From NCBI GenBank assembly GCA_038858525.1, contig JAWCFL010000046.1, positions 1 through 12,831 of the forward strand: a stretch of DNA of 12,831 nucleotides, written 5' to 3'. The translations under genes were made by a program, and so were the position numbers. Each line of letters starts with the position of its first letter. Positions within the stretch are counted from its first letter, which is position 1. Source of the stretch: Candidatus Jordarchaeales archaeon. GTDB taxonomy: Archaea; Asgardarchaeota; Jordiarchaeia; Jordiarchaeales; Freyrarchaeaceae. The notes beneath the pieces are model-generated. The model made no database searches. It was not told the origin of the DNA and saw only the letters and a program-made list of their open reading frames with translations. Below are positions 7,113 to 12,831 of this stretch, piece after piece.

Positions 7113-7236
7113 AAAGATCAACCCTCAAGTTTCAACGTGCTCTCTGAAGAAATAAAAATATGGAGGACATTGAAATTCATGAAATAAGCCAAGAAAGGCT
7201 GCATATGAGACACGCGGTAGAGCAGCTGGTGGTAAA

Positions 7237-7563
7237 ATGGTTGTGGTGGTTTTCGTGACAGCGAAGGAAGATGATGCTGAGAAGATCGCCCTCGAAATCA
7301 TTAATAAGCGATTGGCTGCCTGCGTTAACATAGTGCCTAGTGTGGCTTCGGTCTACTGGTGGCAAGGAAAGATCGAGAGAGACAAGGAGAGTTTACTGAT
7401 AATTAAGTCTGACGAGAAGGTTTTGGAGAAACTTGTTGATGCCGTTAAAAAAACGCATAGCTACTCTTTGCCTGAAATAATAGCCATGAAGGTCGTTGGA
7501 GGATCAAAGGAATACATTAAATGGGTCGAGGAAACGCTATCGAACGAGAATGGTGACCGTTAA
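7237..7563 (+). CDS. cutA: CutA divalent-cation tolerance protein (PII-like fold)
   Basis: RLAACVNI, SVYWWQGKIE, HSYSLPEII. SD GGTGG. Confidence 0.95.
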   Translation: MVVVVFVTAKEDDAEKIALEIINKRLAACVNIVPSVASVYWWQGKIERDKESLLIIKSDEKVLEKLVDAVKKTHSYSLPEIIAMKVVGGSKEYIKWVEETLSNENGDR

Positions 7564-8274
7564 GTGGCAAAAAAGCCTGTTAGACATAGTGACAGGGTTG
7601 AAGTTATTTATTCAAGTGAAAGGTGGAGAATTTTAGTGGAACTTAGGCGTAAAGCGATGCAAGTAATTGATGCACTCAGGAGGCATGGATTAGACTCTTT
7701 TGTTCATGGCAGCGTCGCACGGGGGGACGTTACGAAGAATAGTGATATTGACATTGTGATACCGTACCAGGTAGCTTCGTTTAGAATTGAGACAGCCTTA
7801 AGAGAGATATTTCCAACGTTTATGGAGAAGCTTATTGTTCAAGCCACCCCTCAACACGCACCCAAAGCGTATATTCAGGTTGACGAAAAATTGACTGTTA
7901 CTTTTCCTCTAGCTAAGCTTAGTAGATTAGAGTATGAGTTCTACGGTTTTGGTGGAGTCGTGAGGTTTGACCAACTTGAAAGGGGGGAAAGGGTGCCAGG
8001 CGTTGATAAGAGACTTATGTTCATAGAGCCCACAGAAAGAGGACACTTTGAGAGCCAGGTTATAGGTAGAGAAAGCGTTGTCGCGAAGAAGTTAGGCGTG
8101 AGCATCGAGGCTGTCCAGCAAAGGATTAGAGTGTTAACGAGAAGGGATGAAGTAGGAAGAACAGGAGTATACCTTAAGAAGAGCTTGGAAAGCGATGAGA
8201 GCTTCGAAGATGTTTTGAAAAAAATAGCGGATCACGATCCAGTTGTAAGAGGCAGAATTAGGTGGAACACATGA
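7564..8274 (+). CDS. Pol-beta-superfamily nucleotidyltransferase (archaeal COG2413-like, 236 aa)
   Basis: Catalytic signature HGSVARGDVTKNSDIDI, plus EYEFYGFGG, RVPGVDKRL, GRTGVYLK. GTG start directly abuts the cutA TAA. SD GGTGA. Confidence 0.85.
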   Translation: MAKKPVRHSDRVEVIYSSERWRILVELRRKAMQVIDALRRHGLDSFVHGSVARGDVTKNSDIDIVIPYQVASFRIETALREIFPTFMEKLIVQATPQHAPKAYIQVDEKLTVTFPLAKLSRLEYEFYGFGGVVRFDQLERGERVPGVDKRLMFIEPTERGHFESQVIGRESVVAKKLGVSIEAVQQRIRVLTRRDEVGRTGVYLKKSLESDESFEDVLKKIADHDPVVRGRIRWNT

Positions 8275-9350
8275 AGCTACGTATACTTCAAGATAAGCGT
8301 TCTTGGGTTTTAGGAAAGTTGCCGGAGGGGTGCGAGTTCTGTGCGAGGGGATCGAAACTAGTGCTTTTCGTAACTGGAAAATGCGTTTTTCCTCGGGAGT
8401 GTTCATGGCTTTGCCCAATATCTAATGAGAGAAGAGGGAGAGACGTGATATATGCTAATGAAAGGCCAGTGACCAGAAACGAGGACGTTGTGGAGGAAGC
8501 CAAGTTAATTGACGCTGAGGGATCGGGAGTCACTGGGGGAGAGCCACTCTTAGTTTTAAGCCGCACTATAAGTTTCATTCAAACATTGAAGGAAAACTTT
8601 GGTGAAAAGCACCACGTTCACCTTTATACCTCTGGGAAAAACGTCACGGACGAAGCACTTAGTATGTTGATTGATGCGGGTCTTGATGAGCTTAGAATAC
8701 ATTTACCAACTTTTAACATACTTAAGATGGCGCTAGAATATCCCATTAAGGTGGGCGTAGAGGTCCCTGTTATTCCTGGAGCGGAAGACGCACTCAAAAA
8801 ATTGGCTGAAGAGCTGGATCAACTCGAAGTGGATTTTCTTAACTTGAACGAGCTGGAGTTCTCTGAAAGCAATGCAGAGGAATTAATAAAGAGAGGAATT
8901 AATCTTAGGACAGATAGTTTTGCTGCTGAGGGGAGCGAGGAAACAGCCAGTCGGCTTCTATATTGGGCTAAGGATTCGTTATCACTTAATATTCATTACT
9001 GTTCGGCTTCCTTTAAGGATGGGGTTCAGCTTAGAAATAGGTTTCTTAGAAGGGCGCTTAGAGTTGCCCAGCAGTATGAGATGGTAACAGAGGACGGGTT
9101 GCTCGTTAAGGGCGTAATACATGGCGTGCCACTCTCGGAGCTAGAGAAGCTGGCCACGTTCTTAATGAAAGAATTCAGAATTAAACCAGAGATGATGAGG
9201 ATTAATGTTGAAAAAGGTAGAATAGAGACTTCAGTTAAAATCGCGTGTAGGATTGCGAAGAAACTTAAGGAGAGGGGATTCGAGGTGGGTATACTGGAGG
9301 AGTACCCAACATATCCTCCAAGGTTGGAAGTGGAATACACTCCGCTCTAA
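8271..9350 (+). CDS. Radical SAM protein (COG2108-like, uncharacterized)
   Basis: GCEFC...KLVLFVTG.C, YANERPV, GVTGGEPL, HLYTSG, GLDELRIH, FLNLNELEFSE, HYCS..FKD.VQLRNR. Start set at ATG 8271, forming an ATGA overlap with the upstream TGA; SD AGGTGG. Confidence 0.85.
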   Translation: MKLRILQDKRSWVLGKLPEGCEFCARGSKLVLFVTGKCVFPRECSWLCPISNERRGRDVIYANERPVTRNEDVVEEAKLIDAEGSGVTGGEPLLVLSRTISFIQTLKENFGEKHHVHLYTSGKNVTDEALSMLIDAGLDELRIHLPTFNILKMALEYPIKVGVEVPVIPGAEDALKKLAEELDQLEVDFLNLNELEFSESNAEELIKRGINLRTDSFAAEGSEETASRLLYWAKDSLSLNIHYCSASFKDGVQLRNRFLRRALRVAQQYEMVTEDGLLVKGVIHGVPLSELEKLATFLMKEFRIKPEMMRINVEKGRIETSVKIACRIAKKLKERGFEVGILEEYPTYPPRLEVEYTPL

Positions 9351-10249
9351 ATACTGGCGCCCATTTCTTCTTTTTCTTGGAGTTCACGAAAAGCTTGTTT
9401 TGACGTTAGATCACTCAACGAGTCTTCCAGTAATTCGAGAATACGTTGTCTATAGTGAGGGGCAACTGCCACCATTCCATGAGCCTTTATGCCGAATATT
9501 TCACTAATTTTTTCGGGCGGGATGGCATTTGGAAGGTCTTGCTTGTTCGCTACTAAGATGATCTTTGTGGGATTCAGGAATTTCGAAATTTGTTGAAATA
9601 GCTCTCTTGCCTCGTATACACCTTTAGGCGTGGATTCGCATACGAATAGAATTATGTCAGCGTCCTTGGTGAGCTTTTCCCAAAAAGGCCTAAATTTCTC
9701 CTGTCCTCCTATGTCCCAGAAAATCAGTTTAACGTTAAAAACAGGCATCTCGTATTCCTTAATGTCGATCAACATTGTTGGGGTGTAGTTTCCCCCCACG
9801 TTTTCTCCCATAATTAGATTTAGGAGGGAGGTTTTGCCTACTCCATCCTTGCCTATTAGAGCGATTTTAACGTGAGATTTCATTATGTCATCTGCTATGG
9901 ACTCGAACCTCTTAAAAACAGATATATCTCCGTCCCATTTTTTTATTTCTTTTGAGAAAAGGCTTAGAAAGCTGTCCCTCAACATCTTCAGTTTCTTCTT
10001 TAAGAGCTCGTCTCTTTCATTTTTGTCAGCGCATATAATGAAGAGCAACTCGTCATATGACGAGTAAACGAACTTTATATTCCTCATAACCACAGATTCT
10101 ATTTCTTCTTCAGAATCAAAGGACTTTATGAAAGAGGCGAAGGCCGTTAAGAAACCCGAAATTATGCTTTCATCTATCCACTGTTTGTGGTATGATTTAT
10201 GGAATAAACAGATGCCGGAAGACGTAATGACGTAAATGTCCCATATCAA
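9347..10249 (-). CDS. Longin-like domain fused to an Arf-like small GTPase (300 aa)
   Basis: Residues ~1-123 have a longin-like pattern (IYVITSSGICLFHKSY...DESIISGFLTAFASF...IESVVM..IKFVY...LLFIICAD). The GTPase domain has G1 GKDGVGKT (133-140), G2 YTPT, G3 WDIGGQEKFR (178-187) and G4 NKQD (235-238). TTG start with SD GGAGG. Confidence 0.85.
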   Translation of the reverse strand: MIWDIYVITSSGICLFHKSYHKQWIDESIISGFLTAFASFIKSFDSEEEIESVVMRNIKFVYSSYDELLFIICADKNERDELLKKKLKMLRDSFLSLFSKEIKKWDGDISVFKRFESIADDIMKSHVKIALIGKDGVGKTSLLNLIMGENVGGNYTPTMLIDIKEYEMPVFNVKLIFWDIGGQEKFRPFWEKLTKDADIILFVCESTPKGVYEARELFQQISKFLNPTKIILVANKQDLPNAIPPEKISEIFGIKAHGMVAVAPHYRQRILELLEDSLSDLTSKQAFRELQEKEEMGASI

Positions 10250-10438
10250 TAAGGTTCCTCCAAGAACCGTAAACTTCTCACTCAGAAAGAAATTAATTTA
10301 CAATTTTCTTAAAAAGATTTTGAAAAAATAACAGAAATAGTAAGCAAGGCTTTCTTTAAGTGGCTCTAGCGTCGGCTAAGGAAAATCTTAAAAGTTTGAG
10401 GGAGCGAAGGTTCCCTCGTTGTGAAAGGAGGGTTTGTT

Positions 10439-10753
10439 TTGAAAATAATTGCGATTGGAGATAAGGATATGGTGCTTGGATTTAAACTGGCCGGCATCTC
10501 CTCTGCTTTAGAAGTTAATAACCCTGAGGAGGCAAAGGCGGCTTTAAAGGACGCTTTTCAGAGGCGTGACGTGGGAATAATATTGATTTCGGAAAGGCTA
10601 GCGGAGGAGTTAAGGCCTTTCATAAGCAAATTAGTTGAGGGAGCCGACTTACCGATCATTGTTGAGGTACCCGGCAAGGAGGGCACTAGAACTGGAGGAG
10701 ATGTTATTAAAGAACTTGTCAAGAGGGCAGTGGGTATAGAAATTAAAATTTAA
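10439..10753 (+). CDS. atpF: A/V-type ATP synthase subunit F
   Basis: MKIIAIGDKDMVLGFKLAGI, DVGIILISERLA, PIIVEVP, LVKRAVGI. Start set at TTG 10439 (104 aa), with SD GGAGGG at 10427-10432. Confidence 0.93.
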   Translation: MKIIAIGDKDMVLGFKLAGISSALEVNNPEEAKAALKDAFQRRDVGIILISERLAEELRPFISKLVEGADLPIIVEVPGKEGTRTGGDVIKELVKRAVGIEIKI

Positions 10754-10757
10754 AAAA

Positions 10758-11234
10758 TTAGATGTATCGGAGGATTTCATCAGAATTCATCAATTTACCA
10801 CAATACTCGCACCTAATTAGTAGTGGGGCTCGTTCTTCAACTCTGAAGCGTTGACTGACCGGCTCGCCACTATTCGTTATACAATTGGGATTAACACATT
10901 TGGGAAAACCTTCTATTACCTCAGGTAACTTAACTTTCTCCTTCTTTATTATTTTGTAGTCTCTCACAATGTTTATCGTTGCGCTAGGAGAAATCAACGC
11001 TATTTTGTCTACCTCTTGAGGATCAAGTTCTTTGCCTTCGATCTTAACGATGTCTTTTCTTCCAATTTTTTCGCTTGGAACATGCATTACTATGCTGACT
11101 ATGTTATCCTCCTTGCCGCAAATGCCGAGAATTTTTAAAACTTTTAGGGCCATACCGTTAGTTATGTGGTCGATGACAGTTCCATTCCGTATTTTTCTAA
11201 CTCTGAGTTCTCTCTCAAAATTTTCATCACTCAA
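10758..11234 (-). CDS. pyrI: Aspartate carbamoyltransferase regulatory chain
   Basis: IRNGTVIDHI, KIGRKDIVKIE, ATINIVRDY, and Zn ligands CVNPNCIT...CEYC. Confidence 0.97.
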   Translation of the reverse strand: MSDENFERELRVRKIRNGTVIDHITNGMALKVLKILGICGKEDNIVSIVMHVPSEKIGRKDIVKIEGKELDPQEVDKIALISPSATINIVRDYKIIKKEKVKLPEVIEGFPKCVNPNCITNSGEPVSQRFRVEERAPLLIRCEYCGKLMNSDEILRYI

Positions 11235-11287
11235 AATGGACCCCTCACAAGTTCCGACATCGGGAAAAAACTACTGTAAAAGAAAGA

Positions 11288-11306
11288 TTAATTATACCAT
11301 AAAAAT
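11288..11306. promoter_or_regulatory. AT-rich bidirectional TATA-like element between divergent pyrI and pyrB
   Basis: The plus strand has TTAATTATA (11288-11296) after purine-rich AAAAGAAAG. The minus strand has TTTTTATG and TATAATTA. Confidence 0.4.
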
Positions 11307-11356
11307 GTATCATTTTCCGCTAAATGGTTCAAGCAATATGTCAAGGAGGGGAATCG

Positions 11357-12280
11357 TTGACGAGCGGCATCCTAGGACTGAAAGACGTTGTTTCAATAAA
11401 GGACTTTTCTAGAAGGCAGATCGAGTGGCTCTACGAGGAAGCAGAAAAAATGGAGAACGTTTTTAGAAGGGGAAGCGACGTTCTGAGAGGCAAAATACTG
11501 GCAACATTATTTATGGAGCCTAGCACGCGCACGCGCCTCTCCTTCACGACAGCGATGTATAAGCTAGGAGGTCAGGTTATAGGTTTCGAAAGCGTGGAAG
11601 CCTCTTCAATAGCTAAAGGAGAAAACCTAAATGATACTGTCAAAACAGTTGAAAACTACTGTGACGCCATAGTGTTACGTCACTGGTTGGAGGGAGCAGC
11701 CAGATTTGCGTCCGAAATAGCGAACGTGCCCGTGATAAACGCGGGCTCAGGCACTGAGGAGCATCCTACTCAAGCTCTCCTAGACATATTCACAATAAAG
11801 CGTGAAGTGGGAACAGTTGATGGATTAAAGGTAGCTATAATGGGAGACCTCAAATATGGACGCACTGTTAAGTCATTAAGTTATGGGTTAGCTAATTTCG
11901 ACGTGGAAATTTATCTAGTGTCGCCTGAAAGCTTAAGGATGCCTGAAGACGTCATTCGCTACTTAGAAAAAAAGAAAATGCACGTAGAGGAGTATAACAC
12001 GCTAGACGAAATAATAAGGAAGATCGATGTATTATATGTGACACGACTTCAGAAGGAGAGGTTTCCGGACGCAGCTGAATACGAAAAACTACGAGGGAGT
12101 TATAAAGTAGATGTTAAAACGCTGAGCGAGGCAAAGCCGAACATGATCCTTCTTCATCCATTGCCGAGGCTAGACGAAGTAGACCCGGAGGTGGATAAAA
12201 CGCCGCATGCAAAATACTTTAAACAGCCGTTTTATGGTGTGCTGGTGAGGATGGCTATTCTTAAAGCCCTTCTCTCTTGA
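11357..12280 (+). CDS. pyrB: Aspartate carbamoyltransferase catalytic chain
   Basis: FMEPSTRTRLSF, EHPTQALLD, GDLKYGRTVKSL, YVTRLQKER, HPLP. Start set at TTG 11357 (307 aa) behind SD GGAGGGG at 11345-11351. Confidence 0.98.
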   Translation: MTSGILGLKDVVSIKDFSRRQIEWLYEEAEKMENVFRRGSDVLRGKILATLFMEPSTRTRLSFTTAMYKLGGQVIGFESVEASSIAKGENLNDTVKTVENYCDAIVLRHWLEGAARFASEIANVPVINAGSGTEEHPTQALLDIFTIKREVGTVDGLKVAIMGDLKYGRTVKSLSYGLANFDVEIYLVSPESLRMPEDVIRYLEKKKMHVEEYNTLDEIIRKIDVLYVTRLQKERFPDAAEYEKLRGSYKVDVKTLSEAKPNMILLHPLPRLDEVDPEVDKTPHAKYFKQPFYGVLVRMAILKALLS

Positions 12281-12281
12281 A

Positions 12282-12830
12282 TTAATCCCAGAATCGCCTT
12301 GTCTTGATGTATTTTCGTTCTTCCTCAAGGATCGCCATCCAGAAATCATCTTCGAAACGGCATGGCTTGTTAAGAATGCGGATGGCTGCTCTGGGCCCTA
12401 CTCCTTTAGCGGCCATGCAAATGACAGCCTTTTTACCGTAAGATGAAACAATTTTTGCAGTCTCTAAGCCTCTCCTTAGAGTTTTATCATCCTCACTCGA
12501 GAGGGGAATGCCCTGCCTCTTTAATCGTATAGCTCTGCTAAGACCTGCTTGGTCGTTCGGGTAAGTTACTGCGACAAAGGATCCACCGCAAATGGGACAG
12601 ATTATTCTCTCTGGTAAAGTTTCGACCGTCCGCAGCGACTCCCAACCTTTACAGCTGGGCCATAAGCAAATCAGTTTAACTTGTTCCTTAAGTAGGCGGT
12701 CTTTTACCATTTTTGCTATTTGCGCTGTTGGAGTTTTAGGTTGAACGAGTTCTCTACTTACTTGCTCCAGGGCGTCTTTGGCCAATGGTGATGGGTACAG
12801 CCTAACACTGCAGTAAATGGATATTTTACC
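12282..12830 (-). CDS. lhr: C-terminus of an Lhr-like DEAD/DEAH helicase with C-terminal Zn finger (partial, enters from the right edge)
   Basis: The frame is open to the window edge (GKISIYCSVRLYPSPLAKDAL...). It has Zn ligands CLWPSC...CPICGG, A.IVSSYGKKAV..MAAKGVGPRAA.RIL, and the terminal EEERKYIKTRRFWD typical of archaeal Lhr C-termini. Helicase motifs lie outside the window. Confidence 0.8.
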   Translation of the reverse strand, partial: GKISIYCSVRLYPSPLAKDALEQVSRELVQPKTPTAQIAKMVKDRLLKEQVKLICLWPSCKGWESLRTVETLPERIICPICGGSFVAVTYPNDQAGLSRAIRLKRQGIPLSSEDDKTLRRGLETAKIVSSYGKKAVICMAAKGVGPRAAIRILNKPCRFEDDFWMAILEEERKYIKTRRFWD

Positions 12831-12831
12831 A

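Noticed and set aside
7160-7258. 32-codon plus-strand ORF (MEDIEIHEISQERLHMRHAVEQLVVKWLWWFS) overlapping the cutA start
   Set aside because: No SD, short enough to be chance, and it occupies the divergent promoter region.
7564-8274. MNT-HEPN toxin-antitoxin or other defence system
   Set aside because: The NTase is a 236-aa member of a conserved housekeeping-like family, and there is no HEPN (RX4-6H) partner, cas gene or repeat array in the window.
6304-11412. ORFs 6304-6636, 6875-7108, 7125-7331, 7177-7365, 8134-8418, 8288-8578, 9026-9340, 9253-9507, 9885-10067 and 11032-11412
   Set aside because: Antisense or out-of-frame overlaps with confident CDS, with atypical composition and no motifs.

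Overview
Gene-dense archaeal window with about 20 CDS, SD-led genes and many TTG/GTG starts. I found no rRNA, tRNA, CRISPR array or mobile element. A longin-domain/Arf-like small GTPase fusion points to an Asgard archaeon (inference). Contents in order: (i) minus-strand cluster rpl21e-rpo4-DUF655-rsmA(ksgA)-prmC(hemK2)-DRG-family GTPase, the last partial and absent from the ORF track; (ii) a ~640-bp gene-free gap with TATA boxes, a 42-codon Cys-rich ORF and nested hairpins; (iii) minus-strand cluster tatD-rpa2-eif2b-DUF424-nmd3; (iv) a tightly coupled plus-strand operon cutA-nucleotidyltransferase-radical SAM, whose radical SAM has a non-canonical CX5CX3C motif; (v) the longin-GTPase fusion head-to-head with a lone A/V-ATPase subunit F gene; (vi) divergent pyrI and pyrB; (vii) the 3' end of an Lhr-like helicase. 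The best candidates for undescribed biology are the longin-GTPase/atpF pair and the cutA-NTase-radical SAM operon. All family calls come from motif recognition, not database searches.
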